Origin: Candidatus Latescibacterota bacterium
GTDB taxonomy: Bacteria > Latescibacterota > UBA2968 > UBA8231
NCBI GenBank assembly: GCA_965204725.1
Contig: OZ242005.1
Coordinates: 3,008,001 to 3,072,000, forward strand
Length of the DNA: 64,000 nucleotides
Reading direction: 5' to 3'
The notes under the pieces were generated by a model. That model searched no databases. It was not told the origin of the DNA and saw only the letters and a list, made by a program, of their open reading frames with translations. The translations under genes were made by a program, and so were the position numbers. Shown in pieces: positions 24,086 to 34,526 of this stretch (within the stretch, counting starts at the first letter, position 1; every line of letters starts with the position of its first letter).

Positions 24086-24975
24086 CGCGTCAACCCCCGT
24101 TGAGCTAGCCCGACGGCAATGGCATACACGGACCGTTGCGCGGACGTGGCACTGCCGAGCAGTTTGGGATTGACCGCGGCGAGCGGATCGAGGGTTGAAT
24201 GCGGCACCCGCAAATGATCGGCCAAGCCATTGGTCCAGAACACGACGCCGGCCCCCCACAGGCGCTGGAGACTATTGCCCCTATCGCTGAGTAACTCGTC
24301 CGCCGCACCTTTTAAGGCGTTGACCGCGGCGGCGTTGCCCTCCCAAGTGCAACTGGTCATTGCAAACAGTTCGCCTTTCTCGGTCAGCAGGAGCCAAGCC
24401 TCGCCCATATCGGCATAAACCAAGAGCGAAAACTTGTCTTTGGCGAGCAGGTTGGCGCATTCGCTGGCGTTGTACAGCGAAAAGGGTGCCAAATCCACGT
24501 CGAACCGATTGACCCCCGCCGCCCGGCTTAGGGCGCGGTAGCAGTCGAGGGCGCGGTGGCGAGCCGCGACCACAAACCCCCACTGCGAGGCCAGCGCGCA
24601 ATCGCAGCTAAACGCCTTCGCTTCTCCGGCCAAAAGCTGCTCGGACTCCCAGAAGAGTTGCTCGCGGTTTTCTCGCCCAGACCCCGCCACGAGGGGCCGA
24701 CGCTGAACGAAACCCACGCGCCGGTCCAGCGCAAAACAGGCGTTGTTGTAGCCAAAATCGTAATCCTTCGCCAGCGCGGCTAGCTTGACGGCTAGCGCTT
24801 GTCGCTGGCGCTCGTCGGTCAGAGCTACCGGGTCAAAGGGCTGCTCCAGCTCGTCGGTCGCCAAGACCAAGGGCCGGACGCCAGTGCGTCCAGCGTCTAA
24901 AGCGGCGACGCGCACGGTTTGACCGCTGATGTGGATCCCGGTCGCCTTTGTTCTGCCAAACCCAAACAATCCCAA
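24082..24975 (-). CDS. PilM-like type IV pilus assembly protein (degenerate actin-like ATPase)
   Basis: N-terminal GIHIS..VRV and C-terminal LDPL...YAIAVGLAQR, typical of PilM ends. Confidence 0.65.
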   Translation of the reverse strand: MGLFGFGRTKATGIHISGQTVRVAALDAGRTGVRPLVLATDELEQPFDPVALTDERQRQALAVKLAALAKDYDFGYNNACFALDRRVGFVQRRPLVAGSGRENREQLFWESEQLLAGEAKAFSCDCALASQWGFVVAARHRALDCYRALSRAAGVNRFDVDLAPFSLYNASECANLLAKDKFSLLVYADMGEAWLLLTEKGELFAMTSCTWEGNAAAVNALKGAADELLSDRGNSLQRLWGAGVVFWTNGLADHLRVPHSTLDPLAAVNPKLLGSATSAQRSVYAIAVGLAQRGLTR

Positions 24976-24997
24976 CCTCTTCCTGCGAAGTACTCCC

Positions 24998-25363
24998 CTA
25001 CTCCACGATGAGCAAAGGACGAAGCTTTTCTAGTGTTTTGGTCCCGATGCCATGGACTTCGGTCAGTTGCTCCAGCCGCTTGAACGGACCGTGCGTGCGG
25101 CGAAAGGCGACGATCCGCTCGGCGATCTTGGGGCCGATTGCTGGCAGCGCGACGAGCTCGGCGACCGTAGCCGAATTGAGCGAGAGCGGCCCCTGCTCGG
25201 CGGCTACCACGGCCAGCGGTGGCGGCGGCGCGACCGCACGCGGCACGACGCTAAATTCCTCTGAATGCGAAGGAGCATACCAGTCGCTGACGGCGACGAG
25301 CATCCCTACCAGCAGGGCCGCCGTCAGGCCGATGAGTGCGCGTTGCTCGCGTTGATTAAACAA
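24998..25363 (-). CDS. comEA: ComEA-family helix-hairpin-helix DNA-binding protein
   Basis: LNSATVAELVALPAIGPKIAERIVAFRRTHGPFK...VHGIGTKTLEKL; N-terminal TM; GGAG before TTG 25363. Confidence 0.9.
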   Translation of the reverse strand: MFNQREQRALIGLTAALLVGMLVAVSDWYAPSHSEEFSVVPRAVAPPPPLAVVAAEQGPLSLNSATVAELVALPAIGPKIAERIVAFRRTHGPFKRLEQLTEVHGIGTKTLEKLRPLLIVE

Positions 25364-25397
25364 AACATATCTCCCGCAGTCGCGCCGAGCAATACGC

Positions 25398-28300
25398 TCA
25401 GCGAAGGAAGAACGTGCCCGAAAGCCGCACCTCGCGGATCTTCCGCGTCTTGTCTCGGATGTGGTCTTTGTCGTTTTCAATGCGAACCCGCCCCTCGCCG
25501 CGAAAGTTTGAACTGAAGTTGTAGGTCATGGTTAGCTGCGTGCGCCAGATGTTGTTTTTGGCGTTGGGGACGCGCTCTTCGTCGCCCGTGGCGATGGAGC
25601 GCACCTCTTCTTCAAACTTCTGTTCCAAGTTGAGCGTGACATCGCTTTTGAGGCGGCCGAGCAAGGGCAGCCGCCGCGGCTTGAGAGTATGCGTGATCTT
25701 GAAGGTGGTGGTCGTGCGCTCGCGGTCGCGGGTGCCGCGCAGGGACTGGGTGCCGTCGCCCTCTGCGGTGGGTTCGTCAAAATCTCGGCTCTCCGAGATG
25801 GAGATCACGCGCTCGATGGTCGTCGTCGGCCCCCAGCGCCAACGACCGTTCCACGACGCCCGGAACTCGGTCTTGGTCTCCTCGGAGAGCAGGTGCCCGG
25901 GCGCGAGGCTGCCCTCGCCCTCGCTGGCCTCCAAGGTCTCGAAACTCGCGTTTACCTGCGCGCTGTTGATCACGCGCTTTATCAAGGGAATTCGGTCGGC
26001 TCGCCCCCAGCTAAGGTTTATGCGCGGGTAGGTCCGCTCGTTGCGCAGCCGCCGGCGCTGCTGCGAGGCACCGCTGCGCTTGGTGGTCTGATCTTTAGAG
26101 TTGACCTTGACGCTAATGCCAAAGGGCAACCGCATCCCCGAGCCGGCCTCAAACGCGTCCGTGTGCAGCCAGTTGTCTTGGTGGGTCAGCCCTTGGGTCA
26201 CTTGCCGCACCCGCAGCGTGTCCTCAAGGCCGAGTTGATAGGCCAGCGAGGGGCGGTGCAGCAAGTTGAAGTGGCGCGAGTTGATGTTGCGCCGCCAACT
26301 GGCATTGACCGGCTCGACGATGCGGCCAGTCCACCCGGCGAGGCGGCGGAACATATTGGGACGTTGCGGCTTGGCTTGGCTTTTCTTCTCCTCGGCTTGG
26401 TCTTCCTTTGGGTTTGCCTCGCCGGCGTTTCGGCCCCGATCATCGCGGCGCGGTGCTTTGCGGCCTTGCCCCGGGGCCTTGCCCAAGGTTTTGAGCAGGG
26501 TCGGGATTTTGAGATTGAGGCGGACGGACAGGTCGTTCTGGCTGCGGATTTCGCGGGTCTCAAACGGCAGGCCGCGGATCGAATCGATTGGGGCTACCCC
26601 GCGCCGCTGCGCCGGGTCGTTCTGCTCCTCGTAATTGGCCTTGAAGGTGTAGTTTTGGTCCAGCCACGAGATCAGGCGCAGCGATAAGCCGAGATCGGCC
26701 GTTTGTCTGCGCCCGACCTCGCGCCCAAAGCTCCGCTTGTCGAGGGCGAATTTTTTTCGCAAGTCGCGGTCGATTTTGAGGTTGTAGTTGGCCGATAGAC
26801 CGGAGAGCGGATTGAGCTTGGAGGCGTAGGTTTCGACGAGCGTAAAGTCCTCTTGCTCGGTCGGCTCGTCGTCGCCGCGGCGCAGCAACCGCGAGATGTT
26901 CCGGCGGCCGTTGAGCGAGTAGGTCAGGCTCGACGGCAGCGGGCGGAACTCCAGCCGCGTCCAGCTCTTGGGCATGAACGTCGGCAGCCAGCCCATGATC
27001 CGCAGCCCCGGTTTGGGCAGCGGCATGCTGTAGTTGAAGCTCATCGTCTGGGCCTCGCGCTCGTTGATCGGGCGCACCGGGTCCGAGCTGTGTTCACGCG
27101 AATGAGACAGCCTCAGGTTCATCTGGTCAAGGGTCCAGCGCAAGAGGAGGTTTTTGCCCTGCCGCCGGCTGATGGATACGTCGTAGAGTTCCTTGGAGCG
27201 CACGGCCTGTTGCGCCAGCTTCTCTTCGGGCGTCAGCTCCACGTCCGAGCCGGGGCCGAAGCGCGGCAAGCTGGTCGTGCGGCTGAGATTTACCTTGAGC
27301 GGGATCAAAAACCCCCAGCTACTCGGCAGGAGCTTTTGCGCGTTGGTGGAGACCGCGAGCGCGGCTTCGCGGTCTGTGCTGTTGCCCCCTTGGCCGGTAA
27401 AGCTGCGGAAGTTCTCCTGCCGCCAGAGCACGTTGCCGCCGAGGTTGGCAAAGTCGGCCAGCTTGGTGTTGAGATGGGCGTATGCGGCCAGCCCGGGGTC
27501 GTTGCGCGCCCCGTCGAGGCGGAGCTCGTCGAGCAAGACCCGGCCGCTGTACGCGCGGTTTTCAGCGCGGTTGCGCAGGCCAATACTCAGTTGTTTGATC
27601 GACTGCATCGACGGGTTGCCGCGCACCCGGTAAATGGCTTCCTCGCCGCTGCGCCGGCCCGGCCGCGCAAAGACTTGGTCGAGGGAAAAGTGCTCGACTT
27701 CGGGGTCGTAACCGGCCGCGTGCAGCGCTTCCAACTCGCGTTGGGCGATCAAGGAATGGCCGTCTAGGGGTGCCCCGTGCGGATCGATCACCCGGTAGGT
27801 GTAGTAGAACTCGCCCGTAGTGGTATCGGCCTGCCCGGATTGCAGCAGGGCCTTGAGCTGGGAGATGACCGGCAGGTCCACATCGACTTGATTGCCCTTC
27901 CAGCCCTTGCGCCCTCCTTCCCACCCCGGGAAGATGGGGCTGATGGTCTCGTAGTAGTTGGTCGAATCCACGCCAAAGCGCACGAAGAGCACCAAGTCGC
28001 TCGAATCGCCGCGGGCGTATTCAATGGTCTCGCTCGAATCGCCATAGACGTACATGCGCAGCCGCTCGTAGTTGGTGTAATTGGCCGGTCGGGTCAAAAT
28101 TCGAGTGGCCGACATCTGGTGGCCAGGCTCTAGGTTTTCGTAGGCCAGCACGAGGGACTGCTCGCGCTCGCGGGTGCGCGACTGCACGTTGCGGCGGATC
28201 TTCACGCCGGGGGGTGGCCGGTAACTCTGGCTCTTGTCGGTGCCAAGGACCGTGACGTCGAGCGCCTCGCGGTCGCCCACCGGGAAGCGCTCGTCGAGCC

Positions 28301-31300
28301 GCACTACGTCGTCCTCCTGCCACTTGTTGCCCACGATCTCCACGAGCGCGATATCGGCCCGCACAGGCTCTTCGGCCCCCGGCTGCGGTGCGCTCGAAAG
28401 CATCAGGCGCACGTATTCGATGCGGGTGGAGTCGGGCAAGCCCACGCGCTCGACGTGGGGGCCGAACAGAGGCACTCGGAACTGACGCCAGCCCTTGTTT
28501 TGGGTGCCGGCGACCTCATAGTGGCTCGAGGCCAGATCGATCTCGTAGTGATAGTAACTGTTGCGCCGGTCTATCACGCCGTTGCCGTTGAGGTCTTCCG
28601 TGTCTGGGCGGTCGCCGCTTTCGAGGTCTTTTTTGTTGTTCTCGGTTCCGTTGATGCGGCTGTAATCGTTCTTGTTGCGCTCGGCGTCGTATTGCCAGTT
28701 GTCCCCTTCGGGGTCGTCGGGCGAGCGGTTGGGGCGCAGGGGATCGGCGTCTGGGTAGAGCGCGGCGAATGCCTGCTTCCGCTCGTCTAGGGAGCGGGTG
28801 GTGTCAAACGCGGCGTCTTGCAGCCGCAAGTAGAAGTTCAACTCGGCCTCGTCGTCGCGGCCATCAATGCCTACGTCCTCTTCCCGCGACACCAACCCAT
28901 CGCCGGCCGCTTGCCCGGGGAAAGGCTCGTCTTCGGTGTCGAGGCGACCGTTGGCGATGTAATCCTCGCTGATTTGGTCGCCCAAGTTCACGTGCAAAGT
29001 GCCCTCCCGGCCCCGTGCCCATACCTCTAGGAACTTGGACTCGGAGAAGTCGTTGACGGCCGAGAAGGCGAAGGAGATGCCCCCCCAAGACTCAGGGGCT
29101 TCGAGGAGCGGCGTCAGCGCCAGCGACAGGATGTCGGTGCGGCGGTTTTGGGCTTCGATTTGCTCTTCTTGGTTGGGCCAAATGTCGGTGCGCAACGCCC
29201 CGTCGTAGGGATTGTACCAGATGAAGGGAGCGCGATTTTCCGCGCCTAAACGCCCGCCTACTGGTGCGCTGGCCGGTGCCCAGCGCGTGCGGTTGACCAC
29301 CAAGGCGGTGGGCTGCTCGCTATCCTCAAAGTCGTCTATGTAGCCGCGCCCCTTGGTGTTGAGATTGGGGCGGCTCTGCGCGATTTCGGCGTCTAAGGTC
29401 ACTTCGGAGGGAACCGCCGTCTTGACCAGCGGCAGCATATCGACGACGCGGGTGAGGACTGGCATCTCGCGCCGGGCGCGCAAGTCGAAGTTCCATATTA
29501 CCGTGCGCTTAGGCTCGTTGCCCACCCGCACCCGCCGATCGCTCGACCGCTCGTTGTTGTAAATCATGGTGCTGCCCACTCGCCCGTCGCCCCCCCAGAA
29601 CTCGTACTCGGTGCGCAAGCCCAACAGCGTTTTTTGCTGACTGCCGATATTGAAGAGGTCCTCGGACTCAAAGGAGATTTCCAAGTCGGCACCGGGGTCG
29701 GCCACTTCCTGAGCAATCGAGCCGACAAACGTCACGCTGCCCGTGAAATCGACTCGGTAGTCGGTGTCGCGCGCCAAGGGGCGGCCATTTAGCTGGACTT
29801 CTACGGTCTCGGGGCGGACGCTGCCGAAGAGCCCGCCCAGCCGAATGCGCTGCTCTGAGGAGGCGGCGCGGACGAGGATTTTGTAGCGGCTGGCCTCAAT
29901 TTGGGCGCGCTGCTGCTGCTCGTCGTAGATGGCGGCGACGGGTTCGTCGAGCTGGCCTTGGTAGGTGCTGGAGCGCGGATCAAAGGGCCGCTGGTCGGGA
30001 AAAATCAAGTGCCCGCGGATGTCGTCCAGCCCGATGTAATCGGAGTCGATGACGCGGTCGGGGGCGCTGCCGGGGTCTTTGCCGCGCTCGTCCAAGCCCA
30101 AAACCTGCAAATAAGAGCGGCCCTTTTGCGAAAGTTGGTCCTCTTGGCCGGGCACTTCCTTGGCAATATCGACCTGCAAAGTCTTGGGGTCGAAGCGGCG
30201 GCCGGTGGAGAAACCAGAGGCAATGCGATACACGTTTTTCCACTCTAGGTTCCAAGTGGGAAAACCCGGGCGGGCGTTGCGGGCCTTGATCAGCTTTAGG
30301 TGCAAGGAGTCGGATTCGGCGCTGGTTTTGAGCCGAGCCGTCTCGTGTTGGAGGGCGTCGTCGAAGTCCGGTGCCCGGGTTTTGAAATACACGGCCATGG
30401 CATGGGAGTTGGATACGGGTCTGTTGAGGATGATGTAACCCGCCTCCGCCACGATTGCATAGTCGTCGTCCGGGTCGAGCCGGTGCCAAGTCCCCTCCTC
30501 AAAGCAGCCGCTGTTGCGCAAGCGCTGGCCCGCTGCGTCAAAGCACTCAACGGTCGAGAGGGAATCGGACGGATCGACCCAAGCCGTGCCGGGCTTGGCG
30601 AACAGCTCGGCGTCATTCTGGGTATTGAAGTCGTTGATATAGACTTCGAGGCGGCTAATATCGACGAAGTTTTCCGCACCAAACTGCGCTCCGTCCAACA
30701 GCCGGCGGAAGTCGAGGAGGTGAGCGCGGTAGAACTCGTGCAAGAAGAAGTACGTGTTGCGGATGTATTGGTAGTCTTTGAGCTGGAGGGTGTCGATGGC
30801 CGCTCCGCCCTTGAAGGTCTGGCGATTGGACTTGCTCTTTTCGTGGCTGGCCACGGTCGTAAAGGCCAGCGGCCCGATGTGCCCCTTAGCGCGGATGCCG
30901 AAGAGGCCCTTATTCCTCTGCCGGAAGCCGACGAAGCGCGTGTTGGGCAGCTCTAAGGTGGTGTTGCCGGCCTGCACCTCTTGGAATATGGAGTCTTCCT
31001 CGCCGTCGTAGTCGAGCTTGATCTGATTGGACAGCTGATCTCCCAAACCGGAGCCAATCGCTGAGCCGAAGTTTTGGGTGTCTTGGTCAATGCGTATGTT
31101 GATCAGTTCGCCGACTTTGCCTTCGACCGTAAAATCGGATTCCTGTTCGATGCCCAGCGAGGGGAACTTCGAGCTGCGCCCAAACGAGGTCTGGACCTCG
31201 CCGTCGGTCCACTCGCTCTTGCCAGAGATGATGATGGTGCGCGAGCCATTGAGCGCCAGACTGGGGCCTCCGTCGCCGATAAAGCGCCGTAGGGGCTTGG

Positions 31301-31886
31301 GCGCGGAAAAGGGCACGGTCCACTCAAAGCGGCGGCCCTTGCGCCGGCGCTGCTCGGAGGCGGTGGTGCGAAAGGCGCGGCGGATTTGTTGGTGCCAAAG
31401 CTGCCGGTACTTGGCTTGGTATTCCATGCGGAGATAGTCGTTTAGAGCGACGGCGACGGTGGGGCCCTCGGCGAACCCGCTGACGCGGCGGCCATAGTGG
31501 GCTAGGCCCACGGAGTCCACTGCGGCTCGGTACGAAATTGGCGTGCGGCTGGAGGCCGACAAGAGCGGTTGTCCAGCCCTAAAGGCGGCTTCTTGGCGAG
31601 GGACTGCGCGCTGGGAAAGCGGGCCGTACAGCGGCTCAAAGTGCAGACCCGGCTCGGCGCGTACCACCGCCGCGAGCGCGAAAACACACAGCCATGAGGA
31701 AAACGCTTGGACGGAAAAGCGGAGAAACACCTCTAATGCACACCTATCGACGTTTATTGGAAGCGACTCAGAAGCCTTCACTTGTGATTCGGCGGCATCA
31801 ATGCGCCGAGCGGCTTCTGCATTAACTAAACGCGATAGGCTGTCTCCAAACCCAACAGGGGGATGCTGCCCAGACGGAACGGGCAA
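25398..31886 (-). CDS. sprA: SprA-like very large outer-membrane protein (start uncertain)
   Basis: ~2,100 aa with GKVGE.I.I..D, IKLDYDGEEDSI.QEVQAGN..L.LP, GLFGI, YIDDFED and DTEDLNGNG motifs; beta-strand-rich C-terminus ending in F. Confidence 0.8.
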   Translation of the reverse strand: MPVPSGQHPPVGFGDSLSRLVNAEAARRIDAAESQVKASESLPINVDRCALEVFLRFSVQAFSSWLCVFALAAVVRAEPGLHFEPLYGPLSQRAVPRQEAAFRAGQPLLSASSRTPISYRAAVDSVGLAHYGRRVSGFAEGPTVAVALNDYLRMEYQAKYRQLWHQQIRRAFRTTASEQRRRKGRRFEWTVPFSAPKPLRRFIGDGGPSLALNGSRTIIISGKSEWTDGEVQTSFGRSSKFPSLGIEQESDFTVEGKVGELINIRIDQDTQNFGSAIGSGLGDQLSNQIKLDYDGEEDSIFQEVQAGNTTLELPNTRFVGFRQRNKGLFGIRAKGHIGPLAFTTVASHEKSKSNRQTFKGGAAIDTLQLKDYQYIRNTYFFLHEFYRAHLLDFRRLLDGAQFGAENFVDISRLEVYINDFNTQNDAELFAKPGTAWVDPSDSLSTVECFDAAGQRLRNSGCFEEGTWHRLDPDDDYAIVAEAGYIILNRPVSNSHAMAVYFKTRAPDFDDALQHETARLKTSAESDSLHLKLIKARNARPGFPTWNLEWKNVYRIASGFSTGRRFDPKTLQVDIAKEVPGQEDQLSQKGRSYLQVLGLDERGKDPGSAPDRVIDSDYIGLDDIRGHLIFPDQRPFDPRSSTYQGQLDEPVAAIYDEQQQRAQIEASRYKILVRAASSEQRIRLGGLFGSVRPETVEVQLNGRPLARDTDYRVDFTGSVTFVGSIAQEVADPGADLEISFESEDLFNIGSQQKTLLGLRTEYEFWGGDGRVGSTMIYNNERSSDRRVRVGNEPKRTVIWNFDLRARREMPVLTRVVDMLPLVKTAVPSEVTLDAEIAQSRPNLNTKGRGYIDDFEDSEQPTALVVNRTRWAPASAPVGGRLGAENRAPFIWYNPYDGALRTDIWPNQEEQIEAQNRRTDILSLALTPLLEAPESWGGISFAFSAVNDFSESKFLEVWARGREGTLHVNLGDQISEDYIANGRLDTEDEPFPGQAAGDGLVSREEDVGIDGRDDEAELNFYLRLQDAAFDTTRSLDERKQAFAALYPDADPLRPNRSPDDPEGDNWQYDAERNKNDYSRINGTENNKKDLESGDRPDTEDLNGNGVIDRRNSYYHYEIDLASSHYEVAGTQNKGWRQFRVPLFGPHVERVGLPDSTRIEYVRLMLSSAPQPGAEEPVRADIALVEIVGNKWQEDDVVRLDERFPVGDREALDVTVLGTDKSQSYRPPPGVKIRRNVQSRTREREQSLVLAYENLEPGHQMSATRILTRPANYTNYERLRMYVYGDSSETIEYARGDSSDLVLFVRFGVDSTNYYETISPIFPGWEGGRKGWKGNQVDVDLPVISQLKALLQSGQADTTTGEFYYTYRVIDPHGAPLDGHSLIAQRELEALHAAGYDPEVEHFSLDQVFARPGRRSGEEAIYRVRGNPSMQSIKQLSIGLRNRAENRAYSGRVLLDELRLDGARNDPGLAAYAHLNTKLADFANLGGNVLWRQENFRSFTGQGGNSTDREAALAVSTNAQKLLPSSWGFLIPLKVNLSRTTSLPRFGPGSDVELTPEEKLAQQAVRSKELYDVSISRRQGKNLLLRWTLDQMNLRLSHSREHSSDPVRPINEREAQTMSFNYSMPLPKPGLRIMGWLPTFMPKSWTRLEFRPLPSSLTYSLNGRRNISRLLRRGDDEPTEQEDFTLVETYASKLNPLSGLSANYNLKIDRDLRKKFALDKRSFGREVGRRQTADLGLSLRLISWLDQNYTFKANYEEQNDPAQRRGVAPIDSIRGLPFETREIRSQNDLSVRLNLKIPTLLKTLGKAPGQGRKAPRRDDRGRNAGEANPKEDQAEEKKSQAKPQRPNMFRRLAGWTGRIVEPVNASWRRNINSRHFNLLHRPSLAYQLGLEDTLRVRQVTQGLTHQDNWLHTDAFEAGSGMRLPFGISVKVNSKDQTTKRSGASQQRRRLRNERTYPRINLSWGRADRIPLIKRVINSAQVNASFETLEASEGEGSLAPGHLLSEETKTEFRASWNGRWRWGPTTTIERVISISESRDFDEPTAEGDGTQSLRGTRDRERTTTTFKITHTLKPRRLPLLGRLKSDVTLNLEQKFEEEVRSIATGDEERVPNAKNNIWRTQLTMTYNFSSNFRGEGRVRIENDKDHIRDKTRKIREVRLSGTFFLR

Positions 31887-32097
31887 CCACCTGAAAACAT
31901 AGCATAGGGCTGCGATTATTTCAAGGAAGCCCTTGCAAAAACCATTCCCGTTGCACGGCGCGGGGCGTACTTTTTGGCGCGGCGATCTAAGTCGTTATAT
32001 TTGAAGGCACTACGGCCCGTGCCCGGTGCGGGTGCTCGCCGCTTGCGACGAGCCCCCCTGAGTGCCGCACACCCCAGCCCTGTATCCCTTTCGACCC

Positions 32098-33396
32098 ATG
32101 ACGACCCTGTCCCGCTACGTGCTCAAAGAGCACGGCTGGCCCTTCGCGCTCGGCTTCGCGCTGATCCTCTTCATTCTGCTGGTCGACGTCGTATTGCAGA
32201 CGATGGACCAAGTGCTGAGCAAGGGATTGACGCTGCTGGCCGCCCTCCAGCTTTTGCTCTTCAACTTGGCCTGGATCGTGGCTTTGGCCGTGCCGATGGC
32301 CGTCCTCATCGCCGTGCTCATGGCCTTTGCCCGCCTCGCCGCCGACGGGGAAATCGTCGCGGCCAAAGCCTGTGGGGTGAGCTTTTGGCTGCTGCTGCGG
32401 CCCGTGCTGGGGGCCGCTTTTCTGCTCACGCTGCTGATGGTCTTTTTTAACGACCAGATCCTCCCAGACTGGAACCACCAAGCCCGCGTCCTGTCGTCGA
32501 GCTTGCAGCGAACCAAGGCGGCCTTAGTACTGCGGGAAAAGGAAGGGGTTTTCATCCCGAACTTGGGCGATTACCACCTGCTCATCCGCGAGATCGCCCC
32601 AGAGACCAACGAGTTGGCCGGCATTGCACTCTACGACGCTTCGCGCCCCGGGCCGCCGGTGATTTTACACGCTCCTAGGGGGCGCATCGCGCTGTTGGGC
32701 GATGGGGCGTACATCCGCTTAGAACTGGAGGAAGGCCATGTCCAGCGCGTCGAAGCCGGCCCAGAGGAACGCTTTTTCTACGGCACCTTTGCCCGCCAAG
32801 TGCTGCACATTAAGGACGAGCGCCGCCGGTATGAACACCGCCCTTCGTCCTACCGCAGCGATCGCGAGCTAAACATCGCCGCCATGCGTCGCTTGGTGGT
32901 AGAGCGTCGCCGCGAGCAGGAGCGCGCCTACGGCCGCGTCGATTCGATTGCCGCGCACTACCTCGCACTCCACCAAAGCCAATTCGCCGACTCGACAGCG
33001 GACGAGCTAGCGCGAGCAGGGCAACAGGCGACCGAGGCTCTGCGCCGCCAGTGGCAACACATAGACCGCCGCACGGGGCGGATCAACGAGTACTTGGTCG
33101 AAATTCACAAGAAGCTGTCCATCCCGGCCGCCTGCTTGGTCTTTGCGCTGGTCGGCGCCCCATTGGGCGCGCTCATTCGCCGGCGCGGCGCGGCCGTTTC
33201 CGTTGGGATCAGCCTGTTCTTCTTTTGGATCTATTGGATGTTCCTCATCGGCGGTGAGGAGCTCGCTGACCGCGGCTATATTGCGCCGCCTTTGGCGATG
33301 TGGGCGCCCAATTTGGTCTTTGCCCTCGCCGGATGGGGGCTGTTGCGGGTGGTCGCGTACGACCGCGCCGGCCGCCGACGGACGAAAAAGACCTGA
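32098..33396 (+). CDS. lptF: LptF/LptG-family LPS export permease
   Basis: LSRYVLKE, LAVPMAVL...RLAADGEIVA.KACG, EIHKKLSIP. Confidence 0.9.
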   Translation: MTTLSRYVLKEHGWPFALGFALILFILLVDVVLQTMDQVLSKGLTLLAALQLLLFNLAWIVALAVPMAVLIAVLMAFARLAADGEIVAAKACGVSFWLLLRPVLGAAFLLTLLMVFFNDQILPDWNHQARVLSSSLQRTKAALVLREKEGVFIPNLGDYHLLIREIAPETNELAGIALYDASRPGPPVILHAPRGRIALLGDGAYIRLELEEGHVQRVEAGPEERFFYGTFARQVLHIKDERRRYEHRPSSYRSDRELNIAAMRRLVVERRREQERAYGRVDSIAAHYLALHQSQFADSTADELARAGQQATEALRRQWQHIDRRTGRINEYLVEIHKKLSIPAACLVFALVGAPLGALIRRRGAAVSVGISLFFFWIYWMFLIGGEELADRGYIAPPLAMWAPNLVFALAGWGLLRVVAYDRAGRRRTKKT

Positions 33397-33397
33397 G

Positions 33398-34471
33398 ATG
33401 CGCACACTCGACCTCTATCTAACGCGCCGCTTTCTGGCGTGTCTGGGGATCGCCGTGGTCAGCCTGTTGCTCATTGCGGTGATCATCAACCTCACCGAAA
33501 ACATCGACACGTTTATCGACTTTAAGGCCCACCCCAAGCAGATTTTGCTCTACTACGTCTATCGGGTGCCGTACTGGCTCATCCTGACTCTGCCCATCGC
33601 CGCGCTGCTCGGCGCGCTCTTTGCCCTGACCAGCTTGGCGCGCCAAAACGAAATCATCGCCATGAAGGCCACCGGCATTAGCCTATATCGCCTGCTGGCC
33701 CCGGTCTTGGTATGCGCGCTCGCCGTTGCGGTCGCGGCCTTTTTCTTCACCGACTGGGTGGTCCCGTCCGCGACCTATCGGTACAATCAAATCAGCAACG
33801 AGATTAAGTCCTATCACCGCAGCGACGGCTCCCGCCGCCAAGTCCTGCTCCAAGACGCGGGCGACCAGTTCGTGTACGCCCGCAGCTACGATGCAGGGCG
33901 GCAACGCGCCGACGAAGTGTCTTGGGAGCGGCTGCGCGGCTACATTCCGCTGGAGCGTGCCGTGGCCGAGCGCATGGAGTGGCGGGAGGGCACTTGGGTG
34001 CTCCGCAAAGGCCGCCGCTTTCGCTTTGCTGCGGGCCAAGCCGTGGCGACTTCTTCCTTCGATACGCTGTCCCTGCCGAGCTTGTCGTTGCTCCCCAGCG
34101 ACTTTGCCCGCCAGCAGAAGGATCCCGAGGAAATGAATTACGCCGAGCTGGCCGACTACATCGCCCGCGCCACGCTCAACGGGGAGGACGCCACGCGCCA
34201 GCGAGTCGATTTGCACCTGAAAATATCCTTTCCCCTGACCAGCTTTATCATCATCGTCCTCGGCGCGACCCTCGGCGCCAACGCCCGCCGCACGGGCCTA
34301 GCCAATTGCTTCGGCTTGGGGTGCCTGTTCTGCTTTGCTTATTACGGTTGTGTCAAGGCCGGCCAAGCACTCGGTTGGAATCAATTGCTCGCGCCTTGGT
34401 TGGGCGCGTGGATAGCCAACTTGTTGTTTGCGGCCTTGGCCTTGGTCCTGCTGTGGCGCGCCCACAAATAA
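33398..34471 (+). CDS. lptG: LptF/LptG-family LPS export permease
   Basis: MRTLDLYL, LARQNEIIAMKATGISL, PEEMNY.EL, LKISFP. Confidence 0.9.
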   Translation: MRTLDLYLTRRFLACLGIAVVSLLLIAVIINLTENIDTFIDFKAHPKQILLYYVYRVPYWLILTLPIAALLGALFALTSLARQNEIIAMKATGISLYRLLAPVLVCALAVAVAAFFFTDWVVPSATYRYNQISNEIKSYHRSDGSRRQVLLQDAGDQFVYARSYDAGRQRADEVSWERLRGYIPLERAVAERMEWREGTWVLRKGRRFRFAAGQAVATSSFDTLSLPSLSLLPSDFARQQKDPEEMNYAELADYIARATLNGEDATRQRVDLHLKISFPLTSFIIIVLGATLGANARRTGLANCFGLGCLFCFAYYGCVKAGQALGWNQLLAPWLGAWIANLLFAALALVLLWRAHK

Positions 34472-34500
34472 AAAGGCCGTTCGCCCGTCGACGAACGGCC
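34470..34500 (-). terminator. Intrinsic terminator between convergent genes
   Basis: GGCCGTTCG-N8-CGAACGGCC stem preceded by an A run (U-tail on the minus strand). Confidence 0.7.
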
Positions 34501-34526
34501 CTTGGGGAGACTCGGATTGGAATTGC

